Shown: positions 46,945 to 56,266 of the stretch, in pieces
Layout: every line of letters starts with the position of its first letter
Position numbering within the stretch: position 1 is the first letter of the stretch
From: a virus
Taxonomy: Duplodnaviria > Heunggongvirae > Uroviricota > Caudoviricetes
Length of the DNA: 64,000 nucleotides
Virus record (IMG/VR): IMGVR_UViG_3300012956_000001
Location: 25,730-89,729 of that record
Strand: one strand, 5' to 3'
Notes under the pieces: generated by a model
Database searches by the model: none
What the model saw: only the letters and a program-made list of their open reading frames with translations
What the model was told of the DNA's origin: nothing
Translations under genes and position numbers: made by a program

Positions 46945-47803
46945 GGCTGTTTGGAGTCGTTAAGGATAGTATGTTGTAAAACATATAAAGCGGTGTACCC
47001 TTGTAATCCGCGTGAGTCGCAAGACTTGACCAACCAAACAAGTTCGGCCAACGCCAATCCAAAATTGGTGGCATCGAGGATAAGCTCTCGGTGATAGGTT
47101 CGAAGATTGTAAATGGGAAAAATCGTAGCCGTCTCGCCCGAAAGGGGAACGAGGGTTGCGGAAGTCTGACGGGTGGTGCCGGGCTCCATTTAAACCAACA
47201 GTCGAGAAAGTATTGGTAACGAATAGTTTGTTAGTCTGAGCTTTTGCAGGTTAAGGCTAATGAACAATGTGAGTGGTCTGGGCGATAACTTCGCTCGAGG
47301 TCGCAAAACATCGCAGAGTATCCCGCAAGGAGAATGCAGCCGCGGAGTGTAGCATTTACTATTCCAAAAGAATAGCGAACTACTGAGGAAGCACTTCGCT
47401 CGAGGTATAATATAGTTCAATGGTTGAACGAAAGCCTTTTAAGCTTTAGTTTTGGGTTCAATTCCCAATATTAATAAAATGGAAAGACTTCCTCGGTCTA
47501 AACGCGAAAAGAAGCGTAATGCCATACCAGTAATGGAATGTGGCTGGGTCAATGCTCCCAAGGCGGAGATCCATCAATGTAGACTCGCACGTAAAGGGTT
47601 AGCGCCTTTGAACGGCTCGCAAGGTCGGCGGTAGAAGAAGCGTTGAGTAGCGTTAGACGACAGGTGAAATGCCACACCTTAAAAAAGGTCGCTTTGGTTG
47701 TGGACTCTCTTGTGAGAGTGGATACGTTGGGAACGGCCCGTGGGGACATGGGTTGGAATAATCCGACAAACGCACAATCGTCACGGCTGTAGTCTCAGGC
47801 CGT
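46945..47803 (+). ncRNA. GOLLD-like large ornate RNA (~860 nt)
   Basis: Own promoter (46866/46889), no credible ORF, many GNRA hairpins, embedded tRNA, 3' hairpin acggc-tgtagtctcag-gccgt; family name from recollection, not a covariance-model search. Confidence 0.65.
47406..47476 (+). tRNA. tRNA-Lys(TTT)-like, embedded in the large RNA
   Basis: aaagc-cttttaa-gcttt; weak AT-rich acceptor. Confidence 0.7.
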
Positions 47804-48232
47804 ATTGCCCTCCCCTTGTTGAGAATGAATATGAGTGTTAAACTAGAAATCACAATGCCAGAAGGCGACAAGTATAAAGCAGTAATGAATCATTGGTTAC
47901 CACGATTGCTTGGAAGTGACGACACCGTATATGGCGAGACGGCGTATTTTCGTCTACGATTCTTTGATGACAACTCATTAGCAGGACCAAGTGCAGGACA
48001 TCTTGGACATGGGGGAGTTCACGTACGACAGTTCCGAGCATTGAAAAAGAAAGTCGGAATATTTGCATATATCGCATGGCCGTTTGTTTGGATTTGGAAT
48101 AGTTTGTTCGGTGGCGGTACAATGGAAGCTCAAGCAGACTTGTACGCCGAAATGAACAAGACACATCCAACATTGGTCAATCAGTACACGATGTTACGTA
48201 GTATGTTTCACAAGAGCAGTTATTAACATTAT

Positions 48233-48305
48233 CGGGATGTCGCCTAGTGGCTATGGCGCCTGCTTTGGGAGCAGGATATCGCTGGTTCGAGTCCAGTCAT
48301 CCCGA
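48233..48305 (+). tRNA. tRNA-Pro(TGG)
   Basis: AC loop tttggga. Confidence 0.95.
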
Positions 48306-48336
48306 CTGTAGTACCATTCCACCAAAAGAGGTTTTT

Positions 48337-48519
48337 GTGAAAATCAGTAATTTGTTTGCCGTTTTTGTAGTTGGGCTGGCCGCATGTACCGTTAAGGATA
48401 TGACGCCACCACAAGATACCATCGTTGTTGATACACTTATTGATACAACCAAGGTCGATACAATCAAGCTTGATACAACGACATTTAAGGTTGATTCGAT
48501 TACAGTAAAGATTAGTTAA
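48337..48519 (+). CDS. Small lipoprotein with D/T-rich repeats
   Basis: GTG start; lipobox LAAC. Confidence 0.7.
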   Translation: MKISNLFAVFVVGLAACTVKDMTPPQDTIVVDTLIDTTKVDTIKLDTTTFKVDSITVKIS

Positions 48520-48524
48520 GTAAT

Positions 48525-48786
48525 ATTGGAGAGTGAAGTGGTCGCGGCAATGTAAAAGTTGTCGAGGAGAACTTCCGGTCACCACAGAACAGCCTAGGGT
48601 GGAAGCTGCCCACGCCGTAAGGCGCTACACGGCAACAGAGACGAGCCGATTAAGTTCGGATGAAACGGGCGACAGGTTAGGCGGTGCAACCTCAAACAGT
48701 TAGGGCTCTGTTCGGGCAATGCTAACGGGTAGAGGGCTTAGACAGATGACCACTCTTGACAGAAACCGGGGTATTATCTCTCCAAT
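48525..48786 (+). ncRNA. rnpB: RNase P RNA (compact)
   Basis: P1 attggagag/ctctccaat; GAGGAGAACTTCCGG and ACAGAAACCGGGGTA (P4); GCAACAGAGAC; TGAAACGG. Confidence 0.85.
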
Positions 48787-48795
48787 GTTGTATGC

Positions 48796-48868
48796 TGCTC
48801 CTTGGTGTAACTGGCAACACGCAGCTCTCTGAAAGCTGATAGTCTAGGTTCGAACCCTAGAGGAGCAA
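48796..48868 (+). tRNA. tRNA-Gln(CTG)
   Basis: AC loop ctctgaa. Confidence 0.95.
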
Positions 48869-49073
48869 TATGAAATTCAAGCCAGTAGAATTTCTATATT
48901 TGATTAATGGAAATATAGAACATCATACACAGAAACATCCTACCGAAATGTTATTGGGTATTGTGTTTGGGAAACCAGACAAATCTACAACGGTACTTGA
49001 ATTGAATACGAAACATCCGGCATACAATGACGTAAGTAAACATATACGTCAGGTTATCGGATACTAAAAACGA

Positions 49074-49147
49074 CGCGGAGTAGAGCAGCCTGGTAGCTCG
49101 TCACGCTCATAACGTGAAGGTCGTGGGTTCAAATCCCACCTCCGCCA
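49074..49147 (+). tRNA. tRNA-Met(CAT), initiator-like (C1xC72)
   Basis: fMet-type D arm; AC stem lacks the GGG/CCC triplet. Confidence 0.9.
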
Positions 49148-49161
49148 TTTGTAAAGAACGA

Positions 49162-49235
49162 CGCAGGGGAGTGAAACGGAGTATCATTGTCGGCTCATAA
49201 CCGACAGATAGCAGGTTCGACTCCTGCACCTGCCA
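49162..49235 (+). tRNA. tRNA-Met(CAT), initiator-like variant
   Basis: gtcgg-ctcataa-ccgac; C1xC72. Confidence 0.8.
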
Positions 49236-49241
49236 TACCTC

Positions 49242-49315
49242 GGTATAGTGGCGAAGAGGCTTAACGCTCTGGTCTGCAAAACCAGCATTCATCGGTTCAA
49301 ATCCGATCTATACCT
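49242..49315 (+). tRNA. tRNA-Cys(GCA)
   Basis: AC loop ctgcaaa. Confidence 0.9.
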
Positions 49316-49316
49316 T

Positions 49317-49523
49317 ATGAAAAGTCCTTGTGTTGCTATTTGTGAATTAGATCAATTAGGTACGTGTATAGGTTGTGCTCGTACAGTAGACGAAATTACA
49401 CAATGGCCTACAATGACCGAAGAAGAACAAGCTCGCGTGGTGTACCGGCTAACATGTTTCCTTGACATGGAAAAGATAGAAGGTTCGATCCCTTCCGTGA
49501 GCATAGTACCGACATATATTTAA
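49317..49523 (+). CDS. DUF1289-like small Cys protein
   Basis: SPCVAIC....CIGCART.DEI..W..M. Confidence 0.8.
   Translation: MKSPCVAICELDQLGTCIGCARTVDEITQWPTMTEEEQARVVYRLTCFLDMEKIEGSIPSVSIVPTYI
49431..49503 (+). tRNA. tRNA-Val(GAC), nested in the DUF1289-like CDS
   Basis: tttcc-ttgacat-ggaaa; full cloverleaf. Confidence 0.85.
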
Positions 49524-49596
49524 CCGCTGATGGTGAAACGGATATCACAAGAGACTTTTAATCTTTTAGTTCCGAGTTCAAATCTCGGTCGGCGGA
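49524..49596 (+). tRNA. tRNA-Lys(TTT)
   Basis: AC loop cttttaa. Confidence 0.9.
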
Positions 49597-49597
49597 T

Positions 49598-50053
49598 ATG
49601 AAAACTAAGTGTTGTAGTAAGTGCAAGATAGAAAAGACGATTGATAAGTTTACGTCTCGTGGATTGTATAAGAACGGCGAAATACGATATCAAGGATATT
49701 GTAAAGAATGCCAAAATATAAATTCCAGACGTAGATATAATAGTGATCCAGAAAAGCACAAAGCTTTAGTTAGAACCAATAAGAAAAAATATAGAGCTGA
49801 TACAATACGAAAGTTACAAGATTTTTTGAGTTGCCATCCATGTGTTGATTGTGGTATCACTGATATAAGAACGCTTGAATTTGATCATGTTAGAGGAGTT
49901 AAAAAGAATAACGTGTCAAGCTTGCTTCAAAGTGGTAACTGTTGGTCTACAATAAAACAAGAAATTGACAAGTGTGAAGTTAGATGTGCAAATTGTCATA
50001 ACATTCGCACACATGAACACAATAAATCATGGCGAACATTGCCATTAACATAA
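49598..50053 (+). CDS. HNH endonuclease
   Basis: CSKC, CKEC, CVDCG...LEFDHV...EIDKCEVRCANCHNIRT. Confidence 0.85.
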   Translation: MKTKCCSKCKIEKTIDKFTSRGLYKNGEIRYQGYCKECQNINSRRRYNSDPEKHKALVRTNKKKYRADTIRKLQDFLSCHPCVDCGITDIRTLEFDHVRGVKKNNVSSLLQSGNCWSTIKQEIDKCEVRCANCHNIRTHEHNKSWRTLPLT

Positions 50054-50059
50054 AAATTT

Positions 50060-50142
50060 GGAAGTAGCCCGGCTGGACGAGGAAATCGCCTTGAAAGCGA
50101 CTGAGGGTAAAACCTTCGGGGGTTCGAGTCCCTCTGCTTCCG
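50060..50142 (+). tRNA. tRNA-Ser(TGA)
   Basis: AC loop cttgaaa; variable arm. Confidence 0.85.
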
Positions 50143-50169
50143 TAGAATAAGGAGTTTGTATGTAGATTT

Positions 50170-50241
50170 GCCAGTGGGCACGGTTGGATCGTGACATGTC
50201 TCATAAACATGGTGAAATGGGATCGTTACCCATCGCTGGTA
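50170..50241 (+). tRNA. tRNA-Met/Ile2(CAT), T loop ATCGTTA
   Basis: catgt-ctcataa-acatg. Confidence 0.8.
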
Positions 50242-50245
50242 TGTT

Positions 50246-50290
50246 GCCGTTAATCGGGCTTTAAACGGCCCGATTAACGGCTTTTATTTT
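50246..50290 (+). terminator. Intrinsic terminator
   Basis: gccgttaatcgggc/gcccgattaacggc + T tract. Confidence 0.9.
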
Positions 50291-50542
50291 GGAGGTTATA
50301 TGGTATTCGAATTGTCTGATGATGACCGAAAGAAAATTGACGACTGGCTATTAGAAATTCGTCCACAAATATTTGCTAAGATGGGAACACGTGCACCGGC
50401 TTCGTTAAGTACACGGCCATATTACGGCGCAGCAGGCGGTGGCTTAGAGTACAGAATCGTCCCTACCAGCATTGGTTTGATTTGTAAGGTCATCGAGTTT
50501 TATACAAAACTAGAATTGGATCTATCAGAATTAGATTAACGT

Positions 50543-50614
50543 GTCCTCGTAGTGTAACGGATAACATAAGAGTTTCCTAAACTTTTGATTTGGGTTCGAT
50601 CCCCAACGAGGATA
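50543..50614 (+). tRNA. tRNA-Arg(CCT)
   Basis: AC loop ttcctaa. Confidence 0.9.
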
Positions 50615-51057
50615 TAATGTCCAAGGTACCTTCGGCAGACATAAAAAGACTATTAATGGGTAGCGCAGGCAGCTTGAGATTGTTTCTATTAAAAGAATTT
50701 ACGTGGATGATGCCTAAAGATACTGAGTCTCAATACAAAATATGCGATGAGATTATACGTAAATTACGTAAGAATCTATAAGGATGGGTTTGTGGTGTCA
50801 CTATGTATGTGGTGTAGATCAACCGAAGTAACGGTTGTACGAGAGGTATATGATACACGAGGACCAGAGTTCCCGCCGGAGCGGCCGTCTGGATATCCCT
50901 CGGTAAGAATTATGGATGAATATACACGATGTAACGATTGTAACGAACAATGGTATACTGCTGAACAGTCAATGAATCGAACGGCACTAGTACGTGCTGA
51001 ATTGGCGAAGTTAGGCATCACAATGAAAACCAGACGACGCAAGAGGCAACCCGCATA

Positions 51058-51453
51058 ATGGCAAAACAAATCATCATACTAAGAAAAGATCTTAATATGA
51101 GAAAAGGTAAAATGGTAGCACAAGGCGCACATGCCAGCATGGCAGCAATTTTAAATCTAGGTTATAGTACGGACGATGATCGAGGCAATGAATACTTCGT
51201 GGTTCAATATCAAAATGAAGATTTCAAAAAATGGATCACGGGGAACTTCAAAAAGATTTGTGTAGGATGTGATACAGAAGTAGAACTAATTCAATTGTAC
51301 AACGACGCATGCGAACTTAAGCTGCCGTGTTCATTGATCGTAGATTCTGGATTGACCGAATTTAAGGGAATTCCTACAAAGACGGCAGTCGCAATCGGTC
51401 CAGCTGCCGACCATATCATTGATTCGATAACAGGTCATTTGAAACTATTGTAA
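51058..51453 (+). CDS. pth2: Peptidyl-tRNA hydrolase, Pth2 family
   Basis: KQIIILRKDLNMRKGKMVAQGAHA...KKICV...IVDSGLTEF...TAVAIGP...ITGHLKLL. Confidence 0.95.
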   Translation: MAKQIIILRKDLNMRKGKMVAQGAHASMAAILNLGYSTDDDRGNEYFVVQYQNEDFKKWITGNFKKICVGCDTEVELIQLYNDACELKLPCSLIVDSGLTEFKGIPTKTAVAIGPAADHIIDSITGHLKLL

Positions 51454-51863
51454 TTGGAGACGTACCATGTTGTATAAACTAGGCCTGTTAATTAGTTTGT
51501 TGTTGCCAGTCAGTGCAGTCGCACAAAAGCCTGTATCTGTTCGTATCACTACTACCGATATGGTAGACTCAGTTCGATTTACCGTGTCGTGGCCCAAGCT
51601 AGTTACTGTTACCACAACATATAACACGTATGATGTGTTGACCTTCAGCAATCCTCGACTGATTGAAACAGAACAACTAAGAGTGGTTACTGGAACAAGT
51701 TGGTCTCTAACCGTACCAAAGAATAAGTTATCTGCTGGACTAAAGTTCTATGCAAGTGTTCGTGTCTCGTCAACACCAACATATGGCGCGATCACGTATA
51801 CAACCCCCGCCGCAGAAGCAAGACCAGCATTGGTAGTAGAACGTAGACCATAATGTAGTAGTT

Positions 51864-51937
51864 GCTCGTGTGGCCGACCGGCACTAGGCAGAGATCTCTA
51901 AAATCTTACTAAGTGGGTTCGATTCCCACCACGAGCA
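51864..51937 (+). tRNA. Amber suppressor tRNA (anticodon CTA)
   Basis: gctcgtg/cacgagc; gagat-ctctaaa-atctt; canonical T arm. Confidence 0.85.
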
Positions 51938-52194
51938 TATCTTTTAACAAAATAGGTTATATGAACTACCCAAAAGTTATTGAAGAATGGTCTGTGCCCA
52001 CTCCACGACCTAATGATTGTTGGATGACAACGAGTGGCTTGTGGAGAGTATTTTACGATCCGTCAAGAAATTTTGTATGGGCACATTATGGACAACCAAT
52101 AAGTCCATTTGTTCCCGCCGGTGCAGTAAAACATTTAATGGAGTATATTATGAACAAGGATACGCTAATTTCAGGTTAGGATAGTACATTACGG

Positions 52195-52539
52195 ATGTAT
52201 GCAATTGCTAGGACAGAATTGGATATGTCTCCGGGTAAGCTGGCTGCTCAATGTGGCCATGCGTTTGTAGATGCGTATGAACGATCACCACCAGATCGAA
52301 AAACACTATACCAATCAGATAGTCACGGTACAAAGGTCGTACTATCTGGTACTCTTCAAGATTTATTGGAGATCGAACACCAGTGTAACATACGAAATAT
52401 ACCGTGTATCAGAATAGTAGATTCTGGTCACGTAATGCCGCCCCACTTTACAGGTGACCCAATTATCACCGCACTTGGGATCGGACCATCATACAGACAT
52501 GAAGTGAAGTTTTTACGCTCACTTCCACTTACCTCATAA
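52195..52539 (+). CDS. pth2: Second Pth2-family peptidyl-tRNA hydrolase
   Basis: RTELDMSPGKLAAQCGHA...KVVL...IVDSG...TALGIGP. Confidence 0.85.
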   Translation: MYAIARTELDMSPGKLAAQCGHAFVDAYERSPPDRKTLYQSDSHGTKVVLSGTLQDLLEIEHQCNIRNIPCIRIVDSGHVMPPHFTGDPIITALGIGPSYRHEVKFLRSLPLTS

Positions 52540-53019
52540 GGAGACATATTATGTTAAAGACATTTACAAATCAAGTCGGTCGAACCCTCGGTCCATCTAT
52601 GGCACGCCATTGTGGCTCTATTTTGGCAGACGGCAAATGGATTTCATTGGATGAATATATCGATTTGCATTTGGAATTTACAGATCGAGAGTCGTATATA
52701 GAATGGGTGACAAAATGGAAGCTAGAATACAAAGCTGTAAGCACCGCGTCACGATTCGCAAAACGACTTCGTAAGAAAATCAATGCAGAACAGGCTGGGG
52801 TATCACAACAGAGCATGATAGAGTTAGTAAAAACACTTCGAGATCAAGCATTCTGTTTACTACTGGTTCGTAAGGCCGGAAAATTAAAATCCGCAAACCT
52901 ATACAATATAGTAACAGTGTAATTTAATAGCGTGGGAACTGACAAAATGGCGTCAGTTCCCACACTTAAGTTTGTACTACTTATCGCTATAAGGGTTACA
53001 CAAATTATCTACCAGAGTA

Positions 53020-54096
53020 TTGATTCCCATGCATAAAAAGCCCCGCGTCCTATTTGTATTAAAGTTCCGCCAAACATCTGGTGGAGGATCATATGCCGTT
53101 ATTAAATCATCTGGATTATTGAATTCAGCAGGTTTTGTGTCGGATATGTTGAACACCAACGGGTACGATACTAAGTTAGTTCAGGTAATTGACAACAATC
53201 AAATTGATCGTGAAGTGACGCTGTATAAGCCGGATATTGTAATCATCGAAGCCCTGTGGGTTGTGCCAGAGAAGTTTGATGTACTTCGTGCATTACATCC
53301 GAATGTGAAATGGGTCATTCGTATACACAGCAAGATTCCATTTCTAGCTGGCGAAGGCATTGCCATGAATTGGATCACACGATACTTTGAACAAAAGAAT
53401 GTATTTGTATCATTTAACAGCCTTGAAACACACTGCGACTTCTTGGCATATATCAATCAATCGTCAAAATTGAGAAAATACATTAAGAAATTGGTCTACC
53501 TTCCAAATTACTATCCGGTTGCAGATATTGTAACCCCATCAAAGTTGTTTTGGAATCATGATGAAATCATTAACGTGGGCTGCTTCGGTGCCGTTCGCCC
53601 AATGAAGAATCATCTAACACAAGCGTTTGCTGCTGTAAAGTTTGCAGATCAGCGTGGACTACAATGCCATTTTCACATTAATGCCGGTCGAGTAGAAAAG
53701 GGAGACGAAGTATTAAAGAATCTCAGGGGCTTCTTTGAAGGATTGGGCCCACGCCACAAGTTGGTTGAACACGGATGGCTAGATCATAAAGACTTTTTGG
53801 CTCTTGTAGCAAAAATGGACATAGGACTACAAGTAAGCATGTCCGAAACATTCAATATTGTTGCTGCTGATTTTGTTAGCCAGGACACTCCTATCGTCAC
53901 TTCTCGTGAAATTGATTGGATGCCTCGGTTCTTCACCACAGATATTACAAGTGTCGATAGCATCGTTCGTGCCATCGGTCGTGTACTGTGGTATGACAGA
54001 CATCTAATTTGGTTGGATGTACAACGTAGAGCATTAAAGCGATATACTAAGTTGTCCAAAAGAGCATGGCTTGACAATTTGCGCCATGTGTGTTAG
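53020..54096 (+). CDS. Glycosyltransferase (GT-B/GT4-like)
   Basis: GCFGAVRPMKN, MDIGLQVSMSETFNIVAAD. Confidence 0.75.
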   Translation: MIPMHKKPRVLFVLKFRQTSGGGSYAVIKSSGLLNSAGFVSDMLNTNGYDTKLVQVIDNNQIDREVTLYKPDIVIIEALWVVPEKFDVLRALHPNVKWVIRIHSKIPFLAGEGIAMNWITRYFEQKNVFVSFNSLETHCDFLAYINQSSKLRKYIKKLVYLPNYYPVADIVTPSKLFWNHDEIINVGCFGAVRPMKNHLTQAFAAVKFADQRGLQCHFHINAGRVEKGDEVLKNLRGFFEGLGPRHKLVEHGWLDHKDFLALVAKMDIGLQVSMSETFNIVAADFVSQDTPIVTSREIDWMPRFFTTDITSVDSIVRAIGRVLWYDRHLIWLDVQRRALKRYTKLSKRAWLDNLRHVC

Positions 54097-54126
54097 ATTA
54101 GTTGATCCCACATTTTGAGAGGTTAT

Positions 54127-54447
54127 ATGGAAAGACCAGAAGTAAAAGACGAAATCCTTTTAGCTGCTATTGAGGCACTAACCGTTGGATTGGGTCAAAA
54201 AATTGAAAAGCATGGTCGTGGTGCTTATTTGAGTAACCATGAATCATTGGGAATTGTTACAGAGGAATATCACGAATTGATTGACGCAGTTCGTCAAAAC
54301 GATCCAGTTGATATTGCTAGTGAGTTGAAGGACGTTGCCGTGGCTTGTTTGTTTGCCCTGGCATCAATGCTCGAAAAGGAAGCTAGACTAAAGGAAGGCC
54401 AGGAACAACTTCAAAACGAACTGGCCGAGCTTCAATCTTCAGTCTAA
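54127..54447 (+). CDS. MazG-like nucleotide pyrophosphohydrolase
   Basis: EEYHEL..AV...ELKDVA. Confidence 0.6.
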   Translation: MERPEVKDEILLAAIEALTVGLGQKIEKHGRGAYLSNHESLGIVTEEYHELIDAVRQNDPVDIASELKDVAVACLFALASMLEKEARLKEGQEQLQNELAELQSSV

Positions 54448-54580
54448 TCTAGGCTATTTATAGATACCTTGCGATCCACATCTGTTTTACTTAGGACCGT
54501 TAATGTTACGCAGTGGCTAAGTGCCTTCGGAACAGCTCGTGAACAACCTCGATGGTTGTTGGTACAGGTAGATCGCGCAA

Positions 54581-54666
54581 GGAAGATAACCGAAATGGCT
54601 AGGGGTCTCATTGGAAATGAGATGGGCTTCAAAAGAGCTTTGCGGGTTCGAGTCCCGTGTCTTCCG
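54581..54666 (+). tRNA. tRNA-Ser(GGA)
   Basis: tctca-ttggaaa-tgaga; variable arm. Confidence 0.85.
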
Positions 54667-54722
54667 CTTACTTTACACAAAAACAAACCCCGCAAGGGGT
54701 TTGTTCATTTAATGAGGTTTAT

Positions 54723-55391
54723 ATGCTGGCGATTATTGGTGACCTACATGGCGATTTTAACGTTCTATATCAAATGCTGCCGGACATTCGTGCCCGCGGC
54801 GATGTGACAGCGATCATTCAAGTTGGTGATTTTGGTTATTACCCCAATACAATTAAACGGCTACAACTACATACGTTCGATATTCCATTTTATTGGATTG
54901 ATGGTAACCACGAGCACTTCGATCTATTCATTCATCACCAAGAAGTCACGGAAGTACATCCAAACTGTTTCTATGTTCCTCGTGGTACGGTGTTGAACCT
55001 AGATAAGTTTAAGATTGCTTTCATGGGTGGTGCTGGGTCGATTGACAAGAACATGAGACTTCGGTACAACATGGATTGGAGTGAACTGGAAAATATTACA
55101 GATGAACAATTTGCAAAGCTTGATGGGGTAGATGAAGTAGATATTCTAATTACGCATACACCACCACAGTCTGTAATCGATAATAACTTCGACAATTCGC
55201 CACAGATGCTAAAAAGATTTGGTGCCGCCGGTGATTGGTTTGATCCAAATGCACATAAAATTGATGCTCTGTGGAAGCGACTGAATTATCCAGATCTCTA
55301 TTGTGGTCATATGCATCGTTCGGTGATAGACCGTAGTTGTAGGATTCTAGACATCAATGAAGTTGTATATGTTGATGAAGTTTATCAATGA
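54723..55391 (+). CDS. Calcineurin-like metallophosphoesterase
   Basis: GDLHG, GDFG, DGNHE, THTPP, CGHMH. Confidence 0.9.
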   Translation: MLAIIGDLHGDFNVLYQMLPDIRARGDVTAIIQVGDFGYYPNTIKRLQLHTFDIPFYWIDGNHEHFDLFIHHQEVTEVHPNCFYVPRGTVLNLDKFKIAFMGGAGSIDKNMRLRYNMDWSELENITDEQFAKLDGVDEVDILITHTPPQSVIDNNFDNSPQMLKRFGAAGDWFDPNAHKIDALWKRLNYPDLYCGHMHRSVIDRSCRILDINEVVYVDEVYQ

Positions 55392-55928
55392 TCACTATTT
55401 ACTAGTAGGTAGTTTTCATTACTATAGAGGATCTTATGGATGAATCAACAGGTTCACTTGAACCACAAGTAGAAGTTAAGTCGGCGCCGGAACCTACAAA
55501 ACCAGTTGTAGCCCCTCCGGTGCCGAAGCCAGAGAAGACGGTACCAGAACCAAAGGTAGAAGCAAAAAAGCAAGAGATTGTGAAGCCAATTCCACAATAT
55601 AGATTAAATGCTTTCACCACCGCTGGTATTGTCAAATCGTCTATTTCTAGTGCCGTATATCAAGATGCTTGCCGTAAACACGGTGATATTATGCGGTGTA
55701 TCTCGTCATCCAAATGGACTACATTTGAAGAAATTCTGAATGATGTATGGACGTTGGAAAAGAAAATGAAGAATCCGTCAAATCGAACACGAAAGGCCGT
55801 GGAGACCGCATTAAATGATTTGATTGAACGGGAATTGGTGTCGGTTCGTTAAGTTGTATCAAATCTATACAACTAAAAGGGACTAGATTTTCACATCTAA
55901 ATGATGTAGATTTAGAGACTTCCAACAA

Positions 55929-56266
55929 GGGGCCGCTAGGCTTCGACGGAGGTTAGAACATTGAAAGAAGCGTGCCGAGACTGATTCGACTCGTTAAATG
56001 GAATCAAAATTCAAGTGCAGAATACGCACTCCCTCTAGCTGCCTAAGAGCGCTCGAGACTTTTATATTGAATCTGCGACAGTATAAAAGTTCGCTAGCAG
56101 ATAAATTCTCACCGACTCCGATACGATGAGATTTGACTTTCGGATAGACATAGTGTAGATTTGTTTATTGTGATACACTGTGTTAAAGTTTAGACAATAA
56201 ACTGCGCACGGAGAAGATTCAATAAGTACAATGCTTCGGACAGGGGTTCGAATCCCCTCGGCTCCA
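55929..56266 (+). ncRNA. ssrA: tmRNA; tag (A)AEYALPLAA*
   Basis: ggggccg/cggctcc-a with G3:U70, TTCGACGG, T arm; tag ORF 56017-56046. Confidence 0.95.

Noticed and set aside
36432-49292. Many 60-100 aa ORFs over the tRNA cluster, GOLLD-like RNA and RNase P RNA
   Set aside because: They coincide with RNA genes and are chance open frames
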